Source: Candidatus Rokuibacteriota bacterium
Lineage (GTDB): Bacteria > Methylomirabilota > Methylomirabilia > Rokubacteriales > DASRDR01
DNA: 29,469 nt
Assembly (NCBI GenBank): GCA_044866005.1
Contig: JBIOTN010000247.1
Coordinates: 1-29,469, forward strand
Direction: 5' to 3'
The notes under the pieces are model-generated. The model did no database searches. It saw only the letters and a program-made list of their open reading frames with translations, and was not told the DNA's origin. Below, piece by piece: positions 15,707-24,913 of the stretch. The position numbers and the translations under genes are program-made. The first letter of the stretch is position 1. Each line of letters begins with the position of its first letter.

Positions 15707-18190
15707 ATGACCGGCGTCCCTGATCCCGGGCCATCGGAGCTCGACCGGCTCCGGCGGCGCCTCGACCGGGAACGGAAGGCGCGGCTGGAGAGCGAGGCGA
15801 TCGCCGAGCACGCCCTTCGCCAGCTCTACACGAAGCAACGCGAAGTGGACCTGCTTCGCGCGATCGCGGTCGCCGCGAACGAGTCCTCGACGATCGAGGA
15901 CGCCATGCAGATCTGCGTGGAGCGCGTCTGTGCCTATACCAGCTGGCCCGTCGGGCACGTGTATCTGCTCACCGAGGATTCGCCGGACCTCCTCGTCCCC
16001 ACGACCATCTGGCACCTCGACGATCCCGACCGCTTCAGTACGTTTCGGCAGGTGACCGAGTCGACCCCGCTCGCCCGCGGGATCGGGCTCCCAGGGCGCG
16101 TGCTGGCGAGCGGGAAGCCGGCGTGGATCATGGACGTGACGAAGGACGCGAACTTTCCGCGGGCGAAGATCGCCACCGACATCGGCGTCCGCGCCGGGTT
16201 CGGCTTCCCGGTGCTGGTCGGGGCGGAGGCGGTGGGCGCCCTCGAGTTCTTCTCCCCCGAGGCCGTGGAGCCCGACGAGTCCTTGCTCGAGGTCATGGCG
16301 CATATCGGCACCCAGCTGGGGCGCGTCGTCGAGCGCAAGCGGGCCAGCGACGCCCTGCAGAATCAGCGAAACGAGCTCAGGCGGCTCTCCCGGAACCTCG
16401 AGCAGCTCTACGCGCTGTCCATCGCGATACAGGAGCCGCTGTCGCTCAAGGAGCAGCTCGGCCGGGTGCTGGAGGGCGCGCGCCAGGTCGTCGACATCGA
16501 CCGCTTCTACATCTGGGCCCTCACGGGCGAGGCCAGCACCCTCGCGCCGCTGGCCGGCGCGGGGTTCGTGGGGGACGATTGGGATGCCATCGAGCGGACG
16601 CGGATTCCCCTGGAGGCGAGCGGCGCGATGCACAAGGCCTACCGGGAGGGCGTCCCGCTCGTCTTCAACGAGCAGAACCCGCTCCCCGCCGAGCTGCGAC
16701 TCGGGCCGCCGTATTCGGAGCTGCCGGCCCTGCGCACGAAAAGCTTCCTCGTGCTGCCCATGATCGCGCGCGGCCGGACCGTCGGGCTCTTCACCGCCGA
16801 CAACAAGCGGAGCGGCCGGCCCATCCTTCCCAAGACGGTAAGGCTCCTGGAAACCTTCGCCACCCACGCGGCGGTGGCCGTCGAGAATGCCCGCCTCTTC
16901 GAGGAGCTGCAGGCGCGCACGCGCGACCTGGCTCGATCCGTGGAGGAGCTCCGGGCCCTCGGCGAGGTCGGCCAGGCCGTGAGCTCCACCCTGGACCTCG
17001 AGACCGTGCTCACGACCATCGTCACCCGCGCCGTCCAGCTCTCCTCGACCAGCGCCGGGGTCATCTACGAATACGACGAGGCGGCCCAGGAGTTCCACCT
17101 GCGCGCGACCCACGGTGTCGAGCCCGAGCTGGACGAAGTCATCCAGGGCACGCGCATCCGCCTGGGCGAGGGCGCGCTGGGGCGCGCCGGCCTGACCCGG
17201 GCGCCCGTCCAGGTACCGGACATTCCTGCAGAGGACGCCGTCATCCTGCCGCTGATCCGGCCGATCCTGATCGGTTCCGGCTATCGATCCCTGCTCGCGG
17301 TCCCCCTCCTGTCGGAGCCCGAGATCATCGGCGGCCTGCTCGTCTGGCGCCGGGAGGCCGGCCGCTTCTCGGCCGAGACCGTTGCGCTGCTGCAAACCTT
17401 CGCCACCCAGTCCGTGCTGGCCATCCGCAACGCGCGGCTCTTCCGCGAGATCGAGGAGAAGGGCCGGCAGCTCGAGGTCGCGAGCCGGCACAAGTCCCAG
17501 TTCCTGGCGAACATGAGTCACGAGCTCCGGACCCCGATGAACGCGGTGCTCGGCTATGTCGAGCTCGTCCTGGACAACATCTTCGGCGAGGTGCCCCAGC
17601 CGATCCGGGACATCCTCGAGCGAACGCGGAACAACGGGGTCCATCTCCTCGGACTGATCAACGACGTCCTGGACCTGTCGAAGATCGAGGCCGGCCAGCT
17701 CACGCTATCCCTCGGGGAGTACTCGATGGAAGATGTGGTTCGGACGGCGGTCCATGCGCTCGAGTCGCTGGCGTCGGAGAAGCGCCTCGCGATGAAGATC
17801 GAGATCTCGCCCGGCCTGCCCATCGGTCGCGGTGACGCGCAGCGGCTCACCCAGGTCCTCCTGAATCTCGTGGGGAACGCGATCAAGTTCACCGAGGCGG
17901 GCGAGGTGCGCGTGGAGGCCAGGACCGCGGACGAGGCCTTTCTGGTCTCGGTGTCCGACACGGGCCCGGGGATCGCCGAAGGCGATCGGCTGCGGATCTT
18001 CGAGGAGTTCCAGCAGGCCGACAGCTCCAACACGCGGAAGAAAGGGGGAACCGGGCTCGGGCTCGCGATCGCGAAGCGGATCGTCGAGATCCACGGGGGG
18101 CGCATCGGGGTGGAGTCGAGCGTGGGGCAAGGCTCGACGTTCTGGTTCAGGCTGCCGATCCACGTCGACCGGCACGCGGCGGCCCGATGA
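15707..18190 (+). CDS. H-NOX-associated histidine kinase: N-terminal coiled coil, three GAF domains, HisKA, HATPase
   Basis: Starts 3 nt after the H-NOX stop; RERKARLESEAIAE...LY helix; GAFs ending GRVVER, VENARLF and IRNARLF; FLANMSHELRTPMNA; NLVGNAIKFT, DTGPGI, GTGLGL. Confidence 0.92.
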   Translation: MTGVPDPGPSELDRLRRRLDRERKARLESEAIAEHALRQLYTKQREVDLLRAIAVAANESSTIEDAMQICVERVCAYTSWPVGHVYLLTEDSPDLLVPTTIWHLDDPDRFSTFRQVTESTPLARGIGLPGRVLASGKPAWIMDVTKDANFPRAKIATDIGVRAGFGFPVLVGAEAVGALEFFSPEAVEPDESLLEVMAHIGTQLGRVVERKRASDALQNQRNELRRLSRNLEQLYALSIAIQEPLSLKEQLGRVLEGARQVVDIDRFYIWALTGEASTLAPLAGAGFVGDDWDAIERTRIPLEASGAMHKAYREGVPLVFNEQNPLPAELRLGPPYSELPALRTKSFLVLPMIARGRTVGLFTADNKRSGRPILPKTVRLLETFATHAAVAVENARLFEELQARTRDLARSVEELRALGEVGQAVSSTLDLETVLTTIVTRAVQLSSTSAGVIYEYDEAAQEFHLRATHGVEPELDEVIQGTRIRLGEGALGRAGLTRAPVQVPDIPAEDAVILPLIRPILIGSGYRSLLAVPLLSEPEIIGGLLVWRREAGRFSAETVALLQTFATQSVLAIRNARLFREIEEKGRQLEVASRHKSQFLANMSHELRTPMNAVLGYVELVLDNIFGEVPQPIRDILERTRNNGVHLLGLINDVLDLSKIEAGQLTLSLGEYSMEDVVRTAVHALESLASEKRLAMKIEISPGLPIGRGDAQRLTQVLLNLVGNAIKFTEAGEVRVEARTADEAFLVSVSDTGPGIAEGDRLRIFEEFQQADSSNTRKKGGTGLGLAIAKRIVEIHGGRIGVESSVGQGSTFWFRLPIHVDRHAAAR

Positions 18191-18275
18191 GCCGCCCCGG
18201 GCGGGTTCCCGTCGCATCCCGGCGTCCCACATCACGCCCCCTCGTGCCGGGACATCCCTCGCGCAGGCTACGCCA

Positions 18276-18641
18276 GTGAGCAAGCGGATCCTGGTGATCG
18301 AGGACAACGAGGAGAACCGGCGGATCCTGCGCTATCTCCTTCAGAGCGCCGGCTACGAGCTGATCGAGGCGGTGACCGGGGAGGAAGGCGTCACGCTGGC
18401 CGAGACGCAGCGTCCCGATCTGATCCTCATGGACATCCAGCTCCCCGGCCTCGATGGGTACGAGGCGACCCGCCGGATCAAATCGAATCCCGCGCTCCGC
18501 GCGATCCCGATCATCGTCGTCACGTCCTACGCCCTGAGCGGCGACGACGTGAAAGCCTTCCAGGCTGGCTGCGACGCCTACGTGACGAAGCCCTTCGTCC
18601 CGCGCCAGCTGCTCGCCAAGATCCGCGAGCATCTGCCCTAG
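18276..18641 (+). CDS. Single-domain response regulator (DivK-like)
   Basis: MSKRILVIEDN, LILMDIQLPGLDG, VTSYALSGD, AGCDAYVTKPF. Confidence 0.94.
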   Translation: MSKRILVIEDNEENRRILRYLLQSAGYELIEAVTGEEGVTLAETQRPDLILMDIQLPGLDGYEATRRIKSNPALRAIPIIVVTSYALSGDDVKAFQAGCDAYVTKPFVPRQLLAKIREHLP

Positions 18642-18662
18642 CTCGCGCCCGGAGGAAGGCCC

Positions 18663-19799
18663 GTGCGAACGCCGCCCCGGATCCTCATCGTCGACGACAC
18701 CCCAGCGAACCTGCACATCCTCCAGGTGCGCCTGGGTGCTCAGGGCTACGAGATCGTCACGGCGACGGACGGGGAACAGGCGCTGGCCGTCGCCCGGGAA
18801 GCGCTGCCCGATCTGATCCTGCTCGACGTGATGATGCCGAAGATCGACGGCCTGGAGGTCTGCCGGCGGCTGAAAGCGGACCCGACGCTCCCGTTCGTCC
18901 CGATCATCATGGTCACCGCCAAGGCGGACACCGCGGACGTGGTTGCCGGCCTCGAGGCCGGCGGCGACGAGTACCTGACCAAGCCCGTGGACCAGGCGGC
19001 ACTGGTCGCCAGGGTGAAGTCCATGCTCCGCATCAAGGAGCTCCACGACACGGTCCAGGCCCTGGCCGTGCAGCTCGCCGACTGGAACAAGACGCTCGAG
19101 CAGCGGGTTCGAGATCAAGTCGAGCAGCTCGACCGCCTGAGTCGGCTCCGGCGCTTCTTCTCGCCGCAGCTCGCCGAGCTGATCGTGGCGGGCGGCGCGG
19201 ACGATCCGCTCACGACCCATCGCCGCGAGGTCACGGTCGTCTTCCTGGACCTCCGCGGGTTCACCGCCTTCGCCGAGACCGCCGAGCCCGAAGAGGTCAT
19301 GGGGGTCCTGCGTGACTACCACGCCGAGATGGGCCGCGTGATCCTCGACTACGAGGGCACCCTGGAGCGCTTCGCCGGCGACGGCATGATGATCTTCTTC
19401 AACGACCCCGTCCCCATCCCCGACCCGGCGGAGCGCGCGATCCGCATGACGCTCGCCATGCGCGGCCGGGTGGCGGCCCTGACGGACCGGTGGCGCCGGC
19501 TGGGCTACGAGCTCGACTTCGGCGTCGGGATCGCCCAGGGCTACGCCACCATCGGCGCCATCGGCTTCGAGGGACGCTGGGACTACGGAGCGGTGGGCAC
19601 GGTGACCAACCTGGCGGCCCGGCTCTGCGGCGAGGCCCGGCCGGGGCAGATTCTCGTCTCCCGCCGGGTCCTCGCCAGCGTGGAGACGCTGGTCGAGGCC
19701 GAGCCCGTGGGCGAGCTCGTCCTCAAGGGGTTCGCCAAACCCGTCGCCGCCTTCAACGTCCTGAGGCTCACGGCCCCCAAGCCCGACGCCACCCGCTGA
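18663..19799 (+). CDS. Response regulator: receiver fused to a class III adenylate/guanylate cyclase domain (paralog of 13766..14890)
   Basis: REC (ILIVDD, LLDVMMPKIDG, YLTKP), VFLDLRGFT, FAGDGMM, NLAARLC; SD GGAGG. Confidence 0.93.
   Translation: MRTPPRILIVDDTPANLHILQVRLGAQGYEIVTATDGEQALAVAREALPDLILLDVMMPKIDGLEVCRRLKADPTLPFVPIIMVTAKADTADVVAGLEAGGDEYLTKPVDQAALVARVKSMLRIKELHDTVQALAVQLADWNKTLEQRVRDQVEQLDRLSRLRRFFSPQLAELIVAGGADDPLTTHRREVTVVFLDLRGFTAFAETAEPEEVMGVLRDYHAEMGRVILDYEGTLERFAGDGMMIFFNDPVPIPDPAERAIRMTLAMRGRVAALTDRWRRLGYELDFGVGIAQGYATIGAIGFEGRWDYGAVGTVTNLAARLCGEARPGQILVSRRVLASVETLVEAEPVGELVLKGFAKPVAAFNVLRLTAPKPDATR
19395..19637 (+). repeat. Direct repeat copy 2 (243 bp; partner 14477..14719)
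   Basis: Same sequence as copy 1 with 4 substitutions. Confidence 0.85.
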
Positions 19800-19922
19800 G
19801 CCGCCCCGGCGCCCCGCCGGGGTGCTGGCGTCCCGGGTTGACGGCGCCCCGCGGTTCGGCAGATCATGAAAGAGCCGGCCCGCTCCGAGCCCTTGGCAGG
19901 GAGTGCCCGGAGGGAGGGCACC

Positions 19923-21545
19923 GTGTCACGCAAGGATTCCATCCGCATCTGGCCCCGCTCTCTCCTCGCCCGCTACGGGGCGTCGCTGGCGGCCGCCGCG
20001 GCCGCCGTGGCCACCCGGGTGGCGCTCGACCCGCTGCTCGGCCCCCACGCGTCCTTCGCCACCGCCTATCCGGCGGTGGTGGTGAGCAGCGCGCTCGGGG
20101 GGCCGGGGCCGGGCCTGGTGACGACGCTCGCGTGCGCGGCGGCCGTCCTGGTGGTCGGAACGCCGCCCGCCGTGTCGCTGGCGTCGCCGGCCGACATCGC
20201 CGGCCTGACGCTGTTCCTGCTCGGCGGCGGTATGATCAGCACGCTCACCGGCGCCCTGGCCGGCGTCGCGAGACGGGCGGAAGCGAGCCGGTCCCGGCTC
20301 GAGCAGGAGATCCTGGACGGGCGCCGGGCCGAGGAGGCGCTCGTCACGGCCAACCAGGAGCTGGAGCGCCGCCTGGCCGACCGCGACGACCTCGTGGCCC
20401 GGGAACAGGCCGCGCGCGCCGTGGCCCAGCGCCGGCAGCGGGACGCGGAGGCGGCGAGTCGCGCCAAGGACGAGTTCATGGCCGTGCTGGGGCACGAGCT
20501 CCGTAACCCGCTCGGCGCGATCAGCAACGCCGTCCGCGCCCTTCACGATACCGGTGACAAGGTGGTGAAGCTCCAGGACATCATCGGTCGCCAGTCGCGC
20601 CATCTCGCGCGACTGCTGGACGACATGCTCGACGTCTCCCGGGCCACCATGGGGAAGATCGCGCTCCAGCGCGAACCGGTCGACCTCATGGCGATCGCCC
20701 AGCGGGCCCTCGCCTCCCTCCAGCACGAGAACCGGACCGGCGAGCACGAGATCGACCTCGCCGGCGACTCCGTCGTCGTCCACGGAGACCCCATCCGCCT
20801 GGAGCAGGTGGTGCGCAACCTCCTCGACAACGCCCTCAAGTACACCCCGGCCGGCGGCCGCATCGAGGCCAGGATCGGGTACGAGGACGCCGACGCCGTG
20901 CTGCGCGTCAGCGACACGGGCGCGGGCATCCCGCATGATGTCCTGCCTCGCGTCTTCGAGCCCTTCGTCCAGGCGGATGGCACCCTCGAGCGCTCCCTGG
21001 GCGGCCTCGGTCTCGGGCTCAGCGTCGTCAAGCACCTCGTGGAGCTGCACGGGGGCAGCGTGTCCGTCTCCAGCGAGGGACCGGGTCGGGGCAGCGAGTT
21101 CCTGGTCCGGCTCCCGCTGCTGGCCGAAGGCGCGCCGCCGCCGGAGCCGCCGGTCGCCGCCACGCCCAAGTCCACCGCCCGTCGCGTGCTGATCGTCGAG
21201 GACAACGCCGATGTCCGGGACGGCCTCCGCATGCTCCTCGAGACGTGGGGGCACGCCGTCGAGGAGGCGGCGGACGGCGGGGAGGGCCTCGAGCTCGCCC
21301 GGCTGGACCGCCCGGACGTCGCGCTGGTCGACGTCGGCCTGCCCGTCCTGGACGGGTATGCCGTCGCGCGGGCCATCCGCGGCGACCCCCAGGTCGCGGG
21401 GATCGTGCTCGTCGCGGTGACGGGCTACGGGCAGCCCGCCGACATGGAACGGGCCCGGGCGGCCGGGTTCGACGCGGTGCTCGTCAAGCCCATCGATCCG
21501 GACGCCCTGGTGCGCGCGCTGGCCCGGGTCGACGACCCTCACTGA
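19923..21545 (+). CDS. Membrane hybrid histidine kinase/response regulator with an N-terminal DUF4118-like TM region
   Basis: About four hydrophobic helices (..SALGGPGPGLVTT..); FMAVLGHELRNPL; NLLDNALKYT; DTGAGI; GLGLGL; C-terminal REC (VLIVEDN, LVDVGLP, LVKP). GTG 19923 has SD GGAGGGAGG (ORF track starts at 19866). Confidence 0.9.
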   Translation: MSRKDSIRIWPRSLLARYGASLAAAAAAVATRVALDPLLGPHASFATAYPAVVVSSALGGPGPGLVTTLACAAAVLVVGTPPAVSLASPADIAGLTLFLLGGGMISTLTGALAGVARRAEASRSRLEQEILDGRRAEEALVTANQELERRLADRDDLVAREQAARAVAQRRQRDAEAASRAKDEFMAVLGHELRNPLGAISNAVRALHDTGDKVVKLQDIIGRQSRHLARLLDDMLDVSRATMGKIALQREPVDLMAIAQRALASLQHENRTGEHEIDLAGDSVVVHGDPIRLEQVVRNLLDNALKYTPAGGRIEARIGYEDADAVLRVSDTGAGIPHDVLPRVFEPFVQADGTLERSLGGLGLGLSVVKHLVELHGGSVSVSSEGPGRGSEFLVRLPLLAEGAPPPEPPVAATPKSTARRVLIVEDNADVRDGLRMLLETWGHAVEEAADGGEGLELARLDRPDVALVDVGLPVLDGYAVARAIRGDPQVAGIVLVAVTGYGQPADMERARAAGFDAVLVKPIDPDALVRALARVDDPH

Positions 21546-21595
21546 CGCCGCGCCGCCGCCGGCGGCCGTGCCCGGCCGCGCCCGGCGCCGCGGTG

Positions 21596-21601
21596 TATAC
21601 T
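21596..21601 (+). promoter_or_regulatory. -10 element TATACT just upstream of rimO (very short or leaderless transcript)
   Basis: TATACT ends 11 nt before the GTG start, with no SD in between. Confidence 0.5.
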
Positions 21602-21612
21602 GACCCCTCGAC

Positions 21613-22944
21613 GTGAAGGTCCACCTCGTCAGCCTCGGCTGCCCCAAGAACCAGGTCGACGCCGAGCTCATGCTCGGCGCGCTGGCCCGGGCCGGCGCCA
21701 CCCCCGTGCCGACCCGGGGCGCGGCCGACTGCGTGCTCGTCAACACCTGCGCGTTCATCGACCGGGCGAAAGCCGAGTCCATCGAGACCATCCTCGAGCT
21801 CGGCGCCTGGAAGGCCGAGGGCCCCGGCCGGCGACTCGTCGTGACCGGCTGCCTCCCCCAGCGCTACGGCGCCGAGCTGCTCGCCGCGCTGCCCGAGGTG
21901 GACGCGATCCTGGGCACCGGGGACCTCGGCCGCATCGTGGACGTCGTCCGAGGGCTCGACCGCCGCCGGGAGTGGGTGACCGCGGCGCCGCCGGGCTACC
22001 TCTACCGGGCCGACGCGCCGCGGGTCCGGGTCGGGGCACGGCCCTACGCGTACGTGAAGATCGCCGAGGGCTGCGACATGGGGTGCGCCTTCTGCGCGAT
22101 CCCCCTCATGCGCGGCCGGCACCGCAGCCGGCCGCTCGCCGACGTGGTCGCGGAGGTCGACGCCCTCGGCCGGGCGGGCGTCAGCGAGGTGGTGCTCGTC
22201 TCCCAGGACACGCTCGCCTACGGGAAGGACCGGCCGGGGCCCGGGCGGCCGGACTTCGGCGACCTCCTCCTCGCGCTCTCCGAGACGTCGGTGCCATGGC
22301 TGCGCCATCTCTATCTCCACCCCGCCCACGTCACCGACCGGCTGATCGCCAAGCTGGCGCGGGCCCGCGCGCTGCCGTACCTCGACATGCCGATCCAGCA
22401 CGCCGACGACGGCGTGCTCCGCGCGATGCGGCGCGGCGTCACCCGGCGGCGTATCGCGGAGATCGTCGGCGCGCTCCGGCAAGCGCTCCCCCAGGCGACG
22501 CTGCGGACGACGGTGCTCGTGGGCTTCCCGGGCGAGACCGAGGCGGCCTTCCAGTCGCTCCTCGAGTGCCTGGAGACCGTCGCTTTCGACCGGGTCGGCG
22601 TCTTCACGTACTCGCCCGAGGAGGGCACCCCGGCGGCCGGCATGGCGGCGACCGTGCCGCAGGACGTCGCCGAGGAGCGCGCGCGTCAGGTCCAGGAGAC
22701 GCAGGACCGCCTGGCGTGGCCGCGCCAGCAGGCGCTCCTCGGCCGCGTGCAGGAGGTCCTCGTGGACGGCCCGAGCGAGGACCCGGCCTTCCCGTGGGAG
22801 GGGCGGACGGCCGCCCAGGCGCCCGAGATCGACGGCGTCGTCTATCTCCGGGACGCCGGGCTTCGACCCGGGCAGCGGCTCCCCGTCGAGATCGTCGAGG
22901 TGGACGGGTACGACCTGGTCGGCGTCGGCAGCGCGCGCGGCTGA
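21613..22944 (+). CDS. rimO: Ribosomal protein S12 methylthiotransferase RimO
   Basis: SLGCPKNQVD, NTCAFI..AK.ESI, TGCLPQRY, radical SAM CDMGCAFC, YLDMPIQH, VGFPGETE, YSPEEGT, APEIDG (TRAM). Confidence 0.96.
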   Translation: MKVHLVSLGCPKNQVDAELMLGALARAGATPVPTRGAADCVLVNTCAFIDRAKAESIETILELGAWKAEGPGRRLVVTGCLPQRYGAELLAALPEVDAILGTGDLGRIVDVVRGLDRRREWVTAAPPGYLYRADAPRVRVGARPYAYVKIAEGCDMGCAFCAIPLMRGRHRSRPLADVVAEVDALGRAGVSEVVLVSQDTLAYGKDRPGPGRPDFGDLLLALSETSVPWLRHLYLHPAHVTDRLIAKLARARALPYLDMPIQHADDGVLRAMRRGVTRRRIAEIVGALRQALPQATLRTTVLVGFPGETEAAFQSLLECLETVAFDRVGVFTYSPEEGTPAAGMAATVPQDVAEERARQVQETQDRLAWPRQQALLGRVQEVLVDGPSEDPAFPWEGRTAAQAPEIDGVVYLRDAGLRPGQRLPVEIVEVDGYDLVGVGSARG

Positions 22945-22971
22945 GCGTCCCCGCGGAGGGACGGCCTCCCC

Positions 22972-23448
22972 GTGCCGGCGGGCTCCGGCCTGACGGCCGC
23001 CGCGGCCGGCGCCCGCGTCGCGCGCTTCATCGCGACGTGCGGGGGGCTCGGCGGGGTCCCGCTCCTTCCCGGCACCGTCACGAGCCTGGTCGTCGCGCTC
23101 GTGGTGTGGGCCCTCGCCCCGCCCGACCGGTGGCTCCTCGTCGTGGCGGCGGCGGTGACCGGCGTCGGCATCTGGGCCAGCGCGCGCGAGGAGGCGCGCG
23201 TCGGGGCGCACGACCCTTCGAGCATCGTCGTGGACGAGGTCGCCGGGATGCTCGTCGCCTTGCTCGGCCAGCCGCGAAGCCTGCCGTGGGTGGGCGCCCT
23301 CTTCGGCCTCTTCCGCCTGCTGGACATCTGGAAGCCGTTCCCGATCCGGCAGCTCCAGGCGCTCCCCGGCGGCTGGGGCATCGTCGTGGACGACCTCCTC
23401 GCCGGCCTGGTGGCGAATCTCCTGGGCCGCCTGGCGGCCCGGCTCTGA
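22972..23448 (+). CDS. pgpA: Phosphatidylglycerophosphatase A
   Basis: PGTVTSL, HDPSSIVVDEVAGM, LFRLLDIWKPFPI, GGWGIVVDDLLAG. Confidence 0.93.
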   Translation: MPAGSGLTAAAAGARVARFIATCGGLGGVPLLPGTVTSLVVALVVWALAPPDRWLLVVAAAVTGVGIWASAREEARVGAHDPSSIVVDEVAGMLVALLGQPRSLPWVGALFGLFRLLDIWKPFPIRQLQALPGGWGIVVDDLLAGLVANLLGRLAARL

Positions 23449-23461
23449 GCGCGCCCCGACG

Positions 23462-24700
23462 GTGACGACGGCGGAGCTCCTCACCGTCACGCCCGACCCC
23501 GCGCTCGCGGGTGACGGGGTGAGCGGCGCCGCGCCGGCGCTCGCGCGGTTCCTGGAGCGGCACGCGGTACCGGTCCGCGGGCGGCGGGTCGTGCCGGCCG
23601 AGGAGGGCGCGGCCGAGCGCGCGCTCGCCGAGGCCGTCGCCGCGGGCGGTCTCGTCGTCTGCCTGGGGGAGGGCGACGGCGCCGAGATCGTCCGTCAGGC
23701 GGTCGCGCGGCTCGTCGGCAGCCGGCTGGTCCTGAGCGACCGCGTGATGGAGGCCGTGGCGGGCAGCTACGCGCGGCGCGGCCAGGCGATGCCGCGGCGC
23801 GCGGAGCGGCTCGCGCTGATCCCCCAGGGCGCGCTGGTCCTCCTGGCCGCCGGCGGCGGCGAGCCTGGGCTCCTGGTCGAGGCGCCGGGCGCCCTCGTGT
23901 CGGTGCTGCCCGCCGACGCGCCGCTGGCGCTCGCGCTGGCGGACGAGCACCTCCTGCCGCGGCTCGCGCCGCGGAGCGCCGAGCCGGTCACGCTCGTCCG
24001 GACCCTGCGCCTGGTGGGGCTCGGGCTCGGCGAGACCGAGGCCGCCGTCGCGGCGGTCCTCCGCGACGTCGAGGGCGTCGCCGGTCGCTCGTTTCCCGTC
24101 CGCGGCGAGGTCTGGGTTCGCCTCCGCCTTCGCGGCCCGACCCCGACGGCGGCGGCGGCGCGGCTCGGGGAGCTCGAGCCCGCCCTGCGGCGGGAGCTCG
24201 GCGCGGCCTGGTACGGCGTGGACGACGAGGCGCTCGAGCTGGTCGTGGGCCGGCTCCTGCGCGCGCGGCGCCTGTCGGTCGCCCTCGCGGAGTCGTGCAC
24301 GGGCGGTCTGGTCGGCCACCGGCTCACCGAGGTGCCCGGCAGCTCGGCGTACGTCGAGCGCGGTCTCGTCGTCTACTCGAACGCCGCCAAGCAGACGCTC
24401 CTCGGCGTGCCCGAGCCGGTGCTGGCGCGGCACGGCGCGGTCTCGGCCGAGTGCGCCGAGGCCATGGCCCGCGGCGCCCGCGCGCAGGCGGGGACGGACC
24501 TCGGCCTGTCGGTGACGGGGATCGCGGGGCCGGAAGGCGGAAGCCCGGCCAAGCCCGTGGGCACGGTGTTCATCGGCCTGGCGGACGCGCGCAGCGCCGC
24601 CGTCCACCGCTACCGCTTCGACCGGGACCGCGAGGGCAACAAGATGCTGGCGGCGACGATGGCGCTGGACCACCTGCGCCGCTACTGTCTCGCCTCGTGA
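23462..24700 (+). CDS. cinA: CinA family protein: degenerate N-terminal molybdopterin-binding-like domain plus intact C-terminal NMN deamidase (PncC) domain
   Basis: AESCTGGL, VPGSSAY, YSNAAK, HGAVS.ECA.AMA.G, TGIAGP.GGSPAKPVGTV; located upstream of recA. Confidence 0.9.
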   Translation: MTTAELLTVTPDPALAGDGVSGAAPALARFLERHAVPVRGRRVVPAEEGAAERALAEAVAAGGLVVCLGEGDGAEIVRQAVARLVGSRLVLSDRVMEAVAGSYARRGQAMPRRAERLALIPQGALVLLAAGGGEPGLLVEAPGALVSVLPADAPLALALADEHLLPRLAPRSAEPVTLVRTLRLVGLGLGETEAAVAAVLRDVEGVAGRSFPVRGEVWVRLRLRGPTPTAAAARLGELEPALRRELGAAWYGVDDEALELVVGRLLRARRLSVALAESCTGGLVGHRLTEVPGSSAYVERGLVVYSNAAKQTLLGVPEPVLARHGAVSAECAEAMARGARAQAGTDLGLSVTGIAGPEGGSPAKPVGTVFIGLADARSAAVHRYRFDRDREGNKMLAATMALDHLRRYCLAS

Positions 24701-24913
24701 CGAGAACCGTGGCATCCCGGCGTCCTGCATCACCGCCGGGACGTGCTCGGCCTCGCGGCCGTCCCGGCGGCGCGCGATGACGTCTCCGACGGCTGACGGG
24801 GCGTATCCGCGAGGCGCACGCCGCGGGGGGCGCCGGCCGGCGCGGGACGCCGCGCATCGCGGCCATCGCGGCGCGGGCGCCGGGCCCCCGCGTGGCACGA
24901 CGGTTGCTCGGCC

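Noticed and set aside
24701..24913. Small ORF or ncRNA between cinA and thpR
   Set aside because: Only Arg/Gly/Pro-rich short frames without an SD or motifs, and no convincing structure beyond GC-rich background.
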